Below, piece after piece: positions 1 through 9,330 of a stretch of DNA of 52,831 nucleotides; position 1 is the first letter of the stretch; each line of letters begins with the position of its first letter. The DNA lies in the IMG/VR virus record IMGVR_UViG_3300025668_000001, positions 1-52,831 of that record, one strand, 5' to 3'. The translations under genes and the position numbers were made by a program. The notes under the pieces were generated by a model. That model searched no databases and had not been told where the DNA came from. It was given only the letters and a program-made list of their open reading frames with translations. Origin of the DNA: a virus. Lineage: Duplodnaviria > Caudoviricetes.

Positions 1-99
1 AACTGCTTCATAATTGAAGCGGTCTTTCATCTCATCAGTGACACCTGTCATGGCCCACTTCAGTGCTTTATTGACTGCATCCAGTTCGTCTGGGTGTAT
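1..99. repeat. Terminal overlap, identical to 52733-52831 (circular assembly overlap)
   Basis: Exact 99-bp match that falls inside the polA reading frame, which continues across the join. Confidence 0.95.
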
Positions 100-2049
100 G
101 TCCACAACGATGCTGTCATGGACTGTCAGGACTAACTTAGACTTGAGTTCTAGCTCCCGAAATTTCCGAAGCGCACGAACACATGCCAGTGGTACTTGAT
201 CCGCCGTCGCAAAGCTCTGAACCGGAAAGTTAACCAACTGCGTATGGTTAGTGACTCTTCCTGACCGAGTCCGTTTAGCTCCGGGGAATGCAAACTGGCG
301 GCCAGACGGCGTTTGTACAAAGCCTCGTCTGAGTACTTGATCCCCAAGTTCTGTGTGCCATTTTTTGAGTCCTTTGTAGACATGGAAATACTCCTTGAAA
401 TATGCCTGTACATGCTCCGGCTCACCAGCGCCCATCCCTCCGTAGAGGGGGCTGAACGTCACACTCTTGGCCGCAGACCTTTGATCTTTAGTAACTTTTT
501 CGGGTTCTATCTGGTGTATGATAGCCGCAGTCTGGCTGTGTACATCCTTACCATTCAGAATATCCTCGATGATCTGAGGATCTCGAGACAACTCCCCAGC
601 AACACGAAATTCTAATCCGCTGAAATCCCATTCCCCAACGCTACCGCCGGGGAACCGGCTCACAATCGCCTTACGAACCTCGAACTTGTTGCCCTTGGGT
701 AGGTTCTGGAAGTTTGGGTTAGTGGACGACAGACGGCCTGTGGCGGTCACTGTCTGATTAAAGCTCGAGTGCAGTAGGCCAGAGGGTCTAGTCCACAGTC
801 TGATGCCCTTAACGAAGCTGTCGAGGTATGTGCTTATGGCATTAAGTCGACTGGTCTTCTCAAGGAATTCTACAGCAATCAGGTTGTCTTTGAACTTGGC
901 CTGTTGGATCAGCTTCTTTACTGTGACCTTGTCGGTCTTGAAGCCGTTGATAGAGGCATCCGCTGCGGACGTAGGGTTTAGTTTCAGACCTGCCACTCGG
1001 CTAGTAGGCACATATAGAGCGCCTTCACCCTGACACACAGGGCACTTGGTTAGCTGCTTAAACGGGTGCCCATCCTTACGGATCTTCTGGATCTTACCCT
1101 TGCCATCACACTCGATGCAGTGATGGGCTACGGTACGATATATCTTCTGGGTGGTCTCACGGACCCGGCGACTAAACTGTGAGGCATTGAGGCGAGGTGG
1201 GTACAAGGGCTTACCTCTGTGATCCACGCCGATGTTCCAAGCCTGACGATGTTCTTCACGGTCTTTAACCTGACGGCTATAAACCACCCGAGACATATCT
1301 ATCCCTGAGTTGAGGTTGATTGGGCTGTCACCCATCACCTCTACAACTATCTCATCCAGACGCTTCTCTAATTGATCCTTCTCTGTCTGATATAGTAGGC
1401 CCACCTCATCCAGAGTATCGAGATCTATCTTGATGCCATTGCCTTCGATCTCCAGAAGGAACTCCAACATATCCATCGTAAGATCCATGACCTTACCTAG
1501 AGAGGACAGTTCTTCGGTGGCAAGCTCGGACTGTTGTTGGGAGTATATCTCCGCACAGGCGATAACATCCGCCTCGGCATACTCGTGTACAGTGGCTAGT
1601 GGCATAGCCTCGAAGCCGGTACCGGACTTGAATAACTCATCAACTAGGTCAGACTTCTTGCGAGTTACATCCCGTCTTTCGGCTGTAGCTTTAAGCGACA
1701 ATTCGGTACGTTGGCCACGGGCTAATAGATACTCGGCTACCATAGTACAGTATATACGATCTGGTATACGGAAGCCCATCTCGAGCAGCCAGAAGGCATC
1801 GAACTTAGCGTTGTGGCACACCAGTACGTCAGCCCAATCCAGAGCCTCTTGCATATCGTGCCGGGAGTTAGGGATCTCACACTCGTTATGGAAGAAGACT
1901 GAATACTCTACATTCAGAGGAGTGACGCCACCCTTGGCCCAGTAACCTGATACCAGCTTATTCTCTGGGTGCTTGGGTGAGTTGTCTTTCTTATCGCCAA
2001 TCTTCTTTACTGTAGTCTCGAGATCGAGGAACAGAACATTATTCGACAT
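1..2049 (-). CDS. polA: DNA polymerase family A with DnaJ-like zinc-finger insertion (main part; wraps to 52664, ~705 aa). Absent from the ORF track
   Basis: Manual translation from ATG 2049: MSNNVLFLDLETT (Exo I), CIECDGKG and CPVCQGEG (1119-1021), motif A DFSGLEFR, motif B KSVTFSPLYG, motif C VHDSIV. Confidence 0.95.
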   Translation of the reverse strand, partial: MSNNVLFLDLETTVKKIGDKKDNSPKHPENKLVSGYWAKGGVTPLNVEYSVFFHNECEIPNSRHDMQEALDWADVLVCHNAKFDAFWLLEMGFRIPDRIYCTMVAEYLLARGQRTELSLKATAERRDVTRKKSDLVDELFKSGTGFEAMPLATVHEYAEADVIACAEIYSQQQSELATEELSSLGKVMDLTMDMLEFLLEIEGNGIKIDLDTLDEVGLLYQTEKDQLEKRLDEIVVEVMGDSPINLNSGIDMSRVVYSRQVKDREEHRQAWNIGVDHRGKPLYPPRLNASQFSRRVRETTQKIYRTVAHHCIECDGKGKIQKIRKDGHPFKQLTKCPVCQGEGALYVPTSRVAGLKLNPTSAADASINGFKTDKVTVKKLIQQAKFKDNLIAVEFLEKTSRLNAISTYLDSFVKGIRLWTRPSGLLHSSFNQTVTATGRLSSTNPNFQNLPKGNKFEVRKAIVSRFPGGSVGEWDFSGLEFRVAGELSRDPQIIEDILNGKDVHSQTAAIIHQIEPEKVTKDQRSAAKSVTFSPLYGGMGAGEPEHVQAYFKEYFHVYKGLKKWHTELGDQVLRRGFVQTPSGRQFAFPGAKRTRSGRVTNHTQLVNFPVQSFATADQVPLACVRALRKFRELELKSKLVLTVHDSIVVDIHPDELDAVNKALKWAMTGVTDEMKDRFNYEAV

Positions 2050-3259
2050 AGCGGGACACCTCTGGCTCGATGTTGCAGATGATTGTTCCATGCCAGCCGG
2101 ACAGCTTGTTCTTAGAGATGGTAACAAACCGGGTATGGTCTGGCTCGTTAGTCTCCATCTCTGCGTTGTGCCTACCCAGACCGAGAATGAGATCGCTTTC
2201 TGCGGCCTTCCCGATCTTCGAACCTTCCATCATTGTGAATGATAGACGAGACTTCTTCTCGGCGTCCGCCGAGGCTTGGGACACCGCAATCACTGCACAG
2301 TCGTGCCGCTTGGCCACCTCTCTCAGGCGACGATACAACTCCCTCAGACGCTCGTGTCCGGCATTATACTGGCCCTCGATCTGGATCTTGTCCGCTTGAT
2401 CTAAGATCAGGACATCGACGGCCTCGGTCTCACACTTGGCCTCAATTTGGGCCAGCGTCCAATCCTGTACATCGAACATCTCAATCTGGTTTTCGATGTC
2501 AGTGAACTTCTGGCGGCAGAGGTTGGGGTTCTCTTTAATCTGGTGCTTGTCCATTCCTGAGTAGGCTTGCATAGCCCGGTACATTGTACGGCTGGTCCGC
2601 TCCTCGTTACCGAGGTAAAGAACCTTGGCCCCTTGCGAACAGAAGCCCCCGGGGGCGCAGCACAGACTGATCACAAAGGCAGTCTTACCAGTGTTTGGGG
2701 TAGCGAATACAATCCCAAACTCCGCTGGGCCTATGCCATAGCATACCTCTTTGATCGTAGAGATGTTAAATGCCCAGCGAGACTCATCACCCGACTCGGC
2801 CATAAGCTCGAAGATATCTTTAGTGGTTGGGGTACCGAAGTCATCTGGCGTGAAGCCATCCTTGTTGTTCTCCATCTTATTACGAAGAACATCGAACAGA
2901 TCGAAGTTACCTTCATTGATCTGTACCCCAAGGTTGGCTATTTCCAAGCCTTCTGACTTGCGCCACATATCTGCTATGATGTCTGAGGCTATATCGTCTG
3001 ACATAGGGTCAGTGTTAGCCACAGCCGTGACCATATCCTTTATTATAGCTTTGTCAGAGGATGTAGCTACTGGGTGGTGGACATCATACAGAGCCATTAG
3101 CTCTCTGGGTGTGATGTCATGGTCATACTTTTCATGTGCTGATGTGAGGATCTTATATAGTTCTCTGGCATCATCTCCAAATAACTCGGCCTTCAAACGG
3201 CTCTTGTTCTCTCTGTAAAACTGGCTCGATAGTAAGTTTCTTATCACTGCGTGGTCCAA
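2039..3259 (-). CDS. Replicative DNA helicase (SF4, DnaB/RecA-like)
   Basis: Walker A ATPNTGKT, Walker B LILDQAD, VSQA and ISKNK motifs; TTG start with AAGGA upstream. Confidence 0.9.
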   Translation of the reverse strand: MDHAVIRNLLSSQFYRENKSRLKAELFGDDARELYKILTSAHEKYDHDITPRELMALYDVHHPVATSSDKAIIKDMVTAVANTDPMSDDIASDIIADMWRKSEGLEIANLGVQINEGNFDLFDVLRNKMENNKDGFTPDDFGTPTTKDIFELMAESGDESRWAFNISTIKEVCYGIGPAEFGIVFATPNTGKTAFVISLCCAPGGFCSQGAKVLYLGNEERTSRTMYRAMQAYSGMDKHQIKENPNLCRQKFTDIENQIEMFDVQDWTLAQIEAKCETEAVDVLILDQADKIQIEGQYNAGHERLRELYRRLREVAKRHDCAVIAVSQASADAEKKSRLSFTMMEGSKIGKAAESDLILGLGRHNAEMETNEPDHTRFVTISKNKLSGWHGTIICNIEPEVSRYVE

Positions 3260-3333
3260 AGCGCACTCATCCTTTCAAGTTAGTGTGCTTAACTAAGTGC
3301 CACGAGCGACACTGTGGTGTCAACAGAAGACAC

Positions 3334-3360
3334 AAAAAAAGCCCCGCTAAAAAGCGAGGC
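3334..3360 (-). terminator. Rho-independent terminator
   Basis: GCCTCGC-TTTTTA-GCGGGGC followed by T7 on the minus strand. Confidence 0.8.
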
Positions 3361-3391
3361 CTTCTAAGTCCTACCAGTATGGGGAAGGTGG

Positions 3392-3589
3392 TTAGCTGTT
3401 ACGGAACTTCATCTTCTTAATATCCAGTGAGTCTCCACGGCGTTCCTTCATATCCATCGCATAGTTGAAGACGTGCTTGTTACCTGTCACAATATTCTTC
3501 AAGGCTTCGGCCAGCTTTTCCTCTTGCTCTCCGGCTTCCTTGAATCCATCAAAATTAAAATCGATGACTAATACGGCTCGTGCTTTCAT
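3392..3589 (-). CDS. Hypothetical protein (65 aa)
   Basis: ORF with AAGGA SD, followed by a terminator. Confidence 0.75.
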   Translation of the reverse strand: MKARAVLVIDFNFDGFKEAGEQEEKLAEALKNIVTGNKHVFNYAMDMKERRGDSLDIKKMKFRNS

Positions 3590-3837
3590 AGGTCCATTTC
3601 CTTTAGTTTAACGTCGGTACATGGGACTTCGACGATTATATACACTTACACCCTAGTGGGTAGAATCAGGCTATATAACTAAAATTGGAGGGCCGACAGG
3701 GGGAGTAGAAGATAGGGAGCAGAAAAAACCACCATTAGGTTTTCCATGCTTATCGGAAAGAGCTTCACCAGAGATTATATTCCTTGCAGCACGAGACTTA
3801 ACACAAGACATCAGGTAGGACCAAGTATACCGGCCCC

Positions 3838-4608
3838 TTACTGTATCACGTTCAATATCTGTTTTACTGTAAGCCACTTCAAATCCTCTACTGTGAACCT
3901 CACAGCCACCTTGGTAATGGACTGTATTGATCTCGACATCGAGACTGCTTTAGAACTAGCATCCTTGTCAAGAATAATTATGACCTCATCAAAGTGCTGT
4001 AGTTGTGCTTTAATAGAGTGGTTCATCCGTGTACCAAGTAAAGCATAGCCAGAATAACCTTCAACTCGAGCTACAGAACAGGCGCTGGGAGCGTCCTCTA
4101 CCAATATTGGAATGCCTTGGCCCACCTGTATTCCTTTGGATGTATCTCCATAAGTATACCATTTGGGTGTACGGCCATCTAAGGCTCGGCCTACCGCTCC
4201 TTTACCGTCGTCAGTATAGAAGAGAACTCTATTGTCTCGAGGAGCATACTTAACCTTGATCAGACCGTCCCTATAAGCCTCGAGGCTATTAACTGACTCG
4301 ACATAGGCCAGAGCCTCTTTGTGATGGTCTATAGAGCTTACGATTGATGGTAGTGAATTGTAGTAGACAGCCTTAGTCTCTTTACCTCGAAGGTAGTCCT
4401 TAACCCCTGAAGCACCTCTACCGGCATTGTAAGATCCTTTGACCCCACACGATGATCTAAAGCAATTCCATAAGAGCTTACCATCCTGCTTCAATATACC
4501 AAACTTCTTACGGCCCCCGCAGAACGGACAGTCTAAAGACTTCTTCTCACCATCATTGATTCGTATTGATGATAGGATGTCTATTTGATCCCTGTATGAA
4601 TACTTCAT
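3838..4608 (-). CDS. DNA primase (zinc finger + TOPRIM)
   Basis: CPFC...CFRSSC zinc site, LVED and LDKD TOPRIM motifs. Confidence 0.9.
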   Translation of the reverse strand: MKYSYRDQIDILSSIRINDGEKKSLDCPFCGGRKKFGILKQDGKLLWNCFRSSCGVKGSYNAGRGASGVKDYLRGKETKAVYYNSLPSIVSSIDHHKEALAYVESVNSLEAYRDGLIKVKYAPRDNRVLFYTDDGKGAVGRALDGRTPKWYTYGDTSKGIQVGQGIPILVEDAPSACSVARVEGYSGYALLGTRMNHSIKAQLQHFDEVIIILDKDASSKAVSMSRSIQSITKVAVRFTVEDLKWLTVKQILNVIQ

Positions 4609-4760
4609 CTAAACCTCTATGATGGGGATAGTTCGGGGCCAAACGGCCCCTCACTTATACACCTAAAAAACCATTTGTATAGAGCCAAAATGCACACTTT
4701 AGTAACGGCCCAGCCACGGGTACACATTGTAAGTACCTGATATATATACTGGGTCGTATA

Positions 4761-4799
4761 CCCTGAAGGTCGCCAGTTCAAATCTGGCTCCCGCAACCA
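4761..4799 (+). mobile_element. Putative attP: 3' half of an initiator tRNA-Met gene
   Basis: CCTGAAGGTC-GCCAG-TTCAAAT-CTGGC-TCCCGCA-ACCA gives a perfect T-arm, an fMet-type acceptor strand and CCA; the 5' half is absent; integrase lies 2 kb away. Confidence 0.8.
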
Positions 4800-4849
4800 T
4801 TTCTAACAATTTCAATGGCTTACTCCCCCCTAGTGGGGTGGAGTGGGTT

Positions 4850-5407
4850 TTAGTGGTCTGAGATAGCATTTTTATCAGTCTCAAACATCTGGCAGACCGA
4901 ATCAAAGTCTAGCTTTGTAGATAACGCTACAGCAATCCTATCCTTCTCAGAACCTGAGTGTACACTGTGCAGCTTCGTAACATCTAGAATGTATGCGTCA
5001 CCATCCTCTGCCACAAACGAGGCGATAGTGTCTACATCCTCGAAATGATAGGCGCAGCCTGTGGTCTGGTTAGGCAGCTTGAAGGGCTTGGTACCATCCT
5101 TGGGTTTGTTGAAGTCAGTCGTGTATCCTCCTGACTTGAGGTACAGGTTAATGACCGTACACACGTCGCTGTCGATGTGTGGGATGATGTCTCGGTTGAT
5201 GTGCATGTGAAGAGGCACGAACTTATGCCTCATTGCTACAGGAATATGGCTGAGTAGTTGGGCGGTCATCTTGTGGCTGATGATGCAGTTCTTGTATGCA
5301 ATGCCTTCGAACTTACCATCCTTCTCTATGCCATACTTAACCACATCTATGGGACCGGCAGACACCTCTTGGGCATCAAAGCCAATGTCGATCTTCTTAT
5401 AGTGCAT
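4850..5407 (-). CDS. Putative 2OG-Fe(II) oxygenase/cupin-fold protein
   Basis: HxD (PHIDS), distal His (LHSV) and C-terminal Arg (DRIAVAL). Confidence 0.6.
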   Translation of the reverse strand: MHYKKIDIGFDAQEVSAGPIDVVKYGIEKDGKFEGIAYKNCIISHKMTAQLLSHIPVAMRHKFVPLHMHINRDIIPHIDSDVCTVINLYLKSGGYTTDFNKPKDGTKPFKLPNQTTGCAYHFEDVDTIASFVAEDGDAYILDVTKLHSVHSGSEKDRIAVALSTKLDFDSVCQMFETDKNAISDH

Positions 5408-5618
5408 TGCGTTGCTCCTTAATTACCAATTCGTACTTGCTGAACAATTGCTCGAACTTCCACTGATACAGTTGCTGCATCCCCATTAAGGTGTTCATCA
5501 TTTCATCTTGGGTAGGCTCACGCTCACCATCACCTATCTGCCTGAAGACAACTTGAAGGTCATCGCAAACATGCCAACAGTCCATAATCATTGGTTCTAG
5601 GTCATGTATCTTAGTCAT
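5397..5618 (-). CDS. Hypothetical protein (73 aa)
   Basis: ORF overlaps both neighbours as in an operon. Confidence 0.8.
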   Translation of the reverse strand: MTKIHDLEPMIMDCWHVCDDLQVVFRQIGDGEREPTQDEMMNTLMGMQQLYQWKFEQLFSKYELVIKEQRNAL

Positions 5619-6315
5619 CTCTAAGCGCCGCCCATGATACAGGAAACAGTTCTTCCATTTTAAGATTAATGTCTGATGCTACCTTCTGTGTCTCTTCCTG
5701 TGTATCGGACGCACAACGTAGGCGGCACATATCAGCGAAGGCATCGAGTGACCCGCTCCACATCCACTCGGTGATAGTATTCTGAGGTAATACCATCCGG
5801 GCCTGTTCTGGACACACCCCAGCCTTTAATTTGGATTTGTATATCTCTAAGCACCCCGAGTTGTTTTCGTCTAACAACCAATCCGCAGAAGTTTTCCTGC
5901 TACTGTCTGAACCTAAAATATTACCGGAAGTATCAAATTGGGTTAGGTCTACCACACCCTCACTGCCTTGCTTCTTGTCGGCACTGCGCCCACGCCATAC
6001 TTCAGGCTCATAGAACTCTGGTTCATAATCAACATACCGGCGGCTGATCTCATTCCAACGTAGGAACTTATGTTTCACTAGCTGCCGTGCTACAAAAATT
6101 GGAGCCTTGACGTGGAAACTGGCAAAGCAGTGACCAAACGGGCTGATATGGCGTTCTCTTGCGAGATACCGGATCAGTGTGCGGTCTTTTTCTTTGAGGA
6201 AAGGCGGACCCCAAGGATCGTGTTCCATCTTACTTGTCTTATTAAATGAAACACGGGCTGCGTTAGCCACTGTGAGGTCTGTACCCATGTGGTCAATGTA
6301 TGTTGCTTCAATCAT
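5611..6315 (-). CDS. thyX: FAD-dependent thymidylate synthase
   Basis: [20 protein letters not shown]...NEISRRY and EQARMVLPQ motifs. Confidence 0.95.
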   Translation of the reverse strand: MIEATYIDHMGTDLTVANAARVSFNKTSKMEHDPWGPPFLKEKDRTLIRYLARERHISPFGHCFASFHVKAPIFVARQLVKHKFLRWNEISRRYVDYEPEFYEPEVWRGRSADKKQGSEGVVDLTQFDTSGNILGSDSSRKTSADWLLDENNSGCLEIYKSKLKAGVCPEQARMVLPQNTITEWMWSGSLDAFADMCRLRCASDTQEETQKVASDINLKMEELFPVSWAALRDD

Positions 6316-6452
6316 CTGGTTTTCCTCAATTCATCACGGACAGCGACGATCAGATCGATCAGTCTTTCGGTTGTTTGTTGGGCTGGCTTGCCTGTCAGCC
6401 TTTGCAGATCCTGTTCGAAGGCCTTCCGGGCCTCATTTACGTCTTTACTCAT
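6312..6452 (-). CDS. Small hypothetical protein (46 aa), not in ORF track
   Basis: MSKDVNEARKAFEQDLQRL...; GGAGG SD; fills the gap with overlapping start and stop codons. Confidence 0.75.
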   Translation of the reverse strand: MSKDVNEARKAFEQDLQRLTGKPAQQTTERLIDLIVAVRDELRKTR

Positions 6453-6754
6453 TAATACCTCCGCTTGCAGTTCGGGCAGCATAGCTCTGTTAAAGCAGTT
6501 ACCTTGCGCTCTGCGTCTTCGATAAACTCAAAAACGCAGACGTAAGAATATCCTTTGACCACATCCGTCTCGAAGTCCCTGTCGTCTGTATCAGTCATGG
6601 GGACGATCTCATTGTGCGGGGTGTACAGCGTACACATAAACTTCTCATCTTCCGTGTTGCAGTGTTTGCGCAGCACATAGACGTAATAGCCGTCTTTTAT
6701 CGGGAAGTTCATTTCTTCTATGAGGCAGTCAGGGAAGTTGTCTTCATCATACAT
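6452..6754 (-). CDS. Hypothetical protein (100 aa)
   Basis: ORF with leader TAGGAAATGACCAATG. Confidence 0.75.
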   Translation of the reverse strand: MYDEDNFPDCLIEEMNFPIKDGYYVYVLRKHCNTEDEKFMCTLYTPHNEIVPMTDTDDRDFETDVVKGYSYVCVFEFIEDAERKVTALTELCCPNCKRRY

Positions 6755-6817
6755 TGGTCATTTCCTATTCAGTTATAAGTAGATGTCTTTGATGACAGGC
6801 GGTGTTAACGTCTGTGT

Positions 6818-7924
6818 TCATCCAAATCTCTTGCTCATGGCGCTTGCGGCCAGTTTCTTGGTGGGGCGAACATATACATTCAATACATTCCGGCTCATGT
6901 GACCCGTGACTGACCGTAGTTCGTCCTCTGTGCATCCGGCTTCCGCCAGTTCTGTTGCGCCCGTGCGCCGGAGATCTCTAAGTTGTAGTTCTTCGGGCAA
7001 ACCGGCGGCTTGGCGGATCTTTGCAGCGTACTTGCTGTACAGACGCATGTCGTAAGGTCTTCCAGTGGTCTCTGATATGATGATAGGCCCGTCTTTGGTC
7101 TGTTTCATGCCTGAGAGGCGCTGTATTAGCTGCGGAGAGGCCTCTAGCTTCACTTCCGCCTTGGTTTTCTCTTGCACGAAGGTAAAGACACCATTTTTAT
7201 ACTGATCCCATGTGATCTGACGCATGTCTCCGGGCCGCTGACACAGGTGATAGCACAACAGAGCCAGTGTACCGACACTAGACAACCCTTGTTTGTCTGA
7301 TTGGGCTATAAACTCATCCACTTGCTCGGGTTCCCACAGTATCACACGAGGTGGTGTCTCACTAAGACCCATCTGGGCGAATGGATTGACTGCATTAGGC
7401 GATAGGAAGCCTCGACGGCCTGTGAACCATATGCGGCGGAGTATCTTACACACACCATTGGCTCTGTGGACACTGAATTGCTCACGAACTGCATCGTATA
7501 CCTTGTCGGCCATAGCTGCGTCCACGCTTCGAGCCAGCACCTGACCGAAAACTGCATTGGCACCACCGATGCGAAGGCTGGCGACAGTCTTGTACAAGAA
7601 CCTGTACGTCCGCTTTGTGTTTGGCGTCTTGTGCTTGAATGCTTTGTGTTGTGTGTAGAAGTGAAAGAGGGCATCTACGGTCTCTCTATCGATCTTAGAT
7701 TGCTTCTCTCGGGTTCTTTCGAACTCTTCGATGGCCCTCATAATCATTTTACAGTGTGTGGCAGCCTCTTCACGGCTTTCAAACTGTTCGTAGGTGGCTC
7801 CTACATGCTCTCGAGCGTAGTCTGAGGGGTTACATACCCACACATAATGGCCCTTACGGCTCCGGCGCTCCAAATATTTGATCTTCTCCATGTTCCGATA
7901 CCTTAAATAGTTATACGCTCTCAT
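6818..7924 (-). CDS. int: Tyrosine recombinase/integrase
   Basis: Catalytic residues CQRPGD, QEKT, LRDLRRTGAT, TGH and VY; an alternative start at 7891 is possible. Confidence 0.92.
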   Translation of the reverse strand: MRAYNYLRYRNMEKIKYLERRSRKGHYVWVCNPSDYAREHVGATYEQFESREEAATHCKMIMRAIEEFERTREKQSKIDRETVDALFHFYTQHKAFKHKTPNTKRTYRFLYKTVASLRIGGANAVFGQVLARSVDAAMADKVYDAVREQFSVHRANGVCKILRRIWFTGRRGFLSPNAVNPFAQMGLSETPPRVILWEPEQVDEFIAQSDKQGLSSVGTLALLCYHLCQRPGDMRQITWDQYKNGVFTFVQEKTKAEVKLEASPQLIQRLSGMKQTKDGPIIISETTGRPYDMRLYSKYAAKIRQAAGLPEELQLRDLRRTGATELAEAGCTEDELRSVTGHMSRNVLNVYVRPTKKLAASAMSKRFG

Positions 7925-7969
7925 TGGCTACAGTACGCCATTAGTTAAGGTCAAGCAAAAAAATAATTG

Positions 7970-8000
7970 TTGACGTATATTGGTCCTCTGCTAGTATCAT
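7970..8000 (+). promoter_or_regulatory. Sigma70-like promoter, divergent from int
   Basis: TTGACG, 16-bp spacer ending in TGC, then TAGTAT. Confidence 0.55.
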
Positions 8001-8082
8001 AGGTGCGAAAGTGTTTTCGCATCCTCCCTGTGAGTATTTATACTCTAACTCTAGCCCCTAGACTTCGGTCTGGGGGTTTTTT
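8001..8082 (+). ncRNA. Candidate sRNA with an anti-SD TCCTCCCT segment
   Basis: Promoter upstream, two hairpins, terminator GCCCCTAGAC-TTCG-GTCTGGGGGT plus T run, no ORF. Confidence 0.5.
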
Positions 8083-8096
8083 AGTGGATGGGCCAT

Positions 8097-8120
8097 AAAA
8101 AAAGGCCTCCGAAGAGGCCT
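8097..8120 (-). terminator. Rho-independent terminator
   Basis: AGGCCTC-TTCG-GAGGCCT followed by a T run on the minus strand. Confidence 0.85.
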
Positions 8121-8131
8121 CAATTCAATCT

Positions 8132-8424
8132 GACTGGCACGTCAAACATTAACTGCTACTAGTGACTCTAGCTATAGTAGGGAATCCTTCGTCATATCCA
8201 TCATCTACTGCCTTTGTGGTGAATATTGTGTCCGAATCTAATTGCAGGACTACTTGATCTGTTCCTGTTTCGTTTGCTGCCTCTGAAGCACTTATCAGCG
8301 CATTGCCTAACTCTTGCGCCATATTCTTTTGTAGTATCATACTTCATTACCTCTTGCTCTTGGTGACTATCGTATTGATACTTTAATTCTCAAAAGACTG
8401 GCACGTCAAGCATTAACTGCTACT
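8132..8424. repeat. 29-bp direct repeat pair (8132-8160 and 8396-8424)
   Basis: GACTGGCACGTCAA(A/G)CATTAACTGCTACT with one mismatch. Confidence 0.9.
8149..8340 (-). CDS. Hypothetical protein (63 aa) bracketed by the direct repeats
   Basis: ORF with GAGG SD. Confidence 0.7.
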   Translation of the reverse strand: MILQKNMAQELGNALISASEAANETGTDQVVLQLDSDTIFTTKAVDDGYDEGFPTIARVTSSS

Positions 8425-8633
8425 CATAAAATGGCATAGCCAAATTTTGCTCAGTGCATAGTTATCCACATCCTCGGCTCCCGGCCATCCACAATCAGAT
8501 CGACGCCGCACCGCCGCACGAAATCGTTTTATAAGATGACGAACAAATAATTCGACACCCTATCGACACTTTGTTATGTGTCGAGCCGGGGCCGAGTGGC
8601 TCTGCTTAAATCTAACTCATGGAGACTGACCAA

Positions 8634-8948
8634 ATGAACACCGAAAAAATCGACATTGGCGAACTGGCCAACAATCTGAGCAACAACCAAATCTGTGATT
8701 TGCTGGGACGAGTAGGGGATCGCATCAACATTTTTTATGGGCTGCACAATATGTGCTGCCTGTCATCTGATTTTGCTAACGCATCGATGAACGGCCCGGT
8801 CATCCAGATAAATTGCGAGACCGCATATTTGGATGATCTGAGTGAGCATGAGTTTTTCGCTTATGCTGTGGCCAAGGGTGGCGGGAATACAGAAGGCCAG
8901 CACGAAGGCTGCAACCACGAAAACGAGGGGGACGCATCCGATGGCTGA
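8634..8948 (+). CDS. Hypothetical putative early protein (104 aa)
   Basis: ATG follows the shared leader GGAGACTGACCAA. Confidence 0.75.
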   Translation: MNTEKIDIGELANNLSNNQICDLLGRVGDRINIFYGLHNMCCLSSDFANASMNGPVIQINCETAYLDDLSEHEFFAYAVAKGGGNTEGQHEGCNHENEGDASDG

Positions 8949-9228
8949 TAATTCCCTACCTGATGAAATGGCAATTTTGCTCATCCATGCCGCCACCAAA
9001 TCGGACGGCTGCCCGGTTCCCTTCCCTACTATCTCGAGGCCACAGGCCGGGGATCGAAAGCAGCGCACCCCTGCCGAGCTAGACAAGGCCGCCGAGGGGC
9101 TTCTGCGCCGGGGCTATTTATCCCGCCGGGTGACCACTAACCGGCAGAAGGTGTGGCGCACCGTCCGAGGGGTGGGTGATTGCACCCTCGAGATCACCGA
9201 GTTGGGCCGAGCGGCCATCCGCTGGTGA
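8941..9228 (+). CDS. Hypothetical protein, winged-helix-like (resembles the N-terminal region of DUF3489 proteins)
   Basis: GLLRRGYL...WR...LEITELGRAAI pattern; GAGGGGG SD. Confidence 0.55.
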   Translation: MADNSLPDEMAILLIHAATKSDGCPVPFPTISRPQAGDRKQRTPAELDKAAEGLLRRGYLSRRVTTNRQKVWRTVRGVGDCTLEITELGRAAIRW

Positions 9229-9307
9229 TGGGGCCGGTCTACTCCCTTCTTGGGTTTTTCACATTCTGGGGTCTGCTTTTCTATTGGCTGGCCAGTTAAA
9301 AATAAGA

Positions 9308-9330
9308 GCCGCCCTCCGGGGCGGTTTTTT
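9308..9330 (+). terminator. Rho-independent terminator
   Basis: GCCGCCC-TCCG-GGGCGGT followed by a T run. Confidence 0.8.

Noticed and set aside
14-1945. Plus-strand ORFs and the short minus-strand ORF in the track
   Set aside because: Shadow frames of polA
4725-4799. Complete tRNA gene
   Set aside because: No D-arm, no 5' acceptor strand and no CAT anticodon loop; only the 3' half is present
4850-6315. Oxygenase plus ThyX as a base-hypermodification pathway
   Set aside because: No kinase, transferase or other supporting genes were recognised; adjacency alone is insufficient
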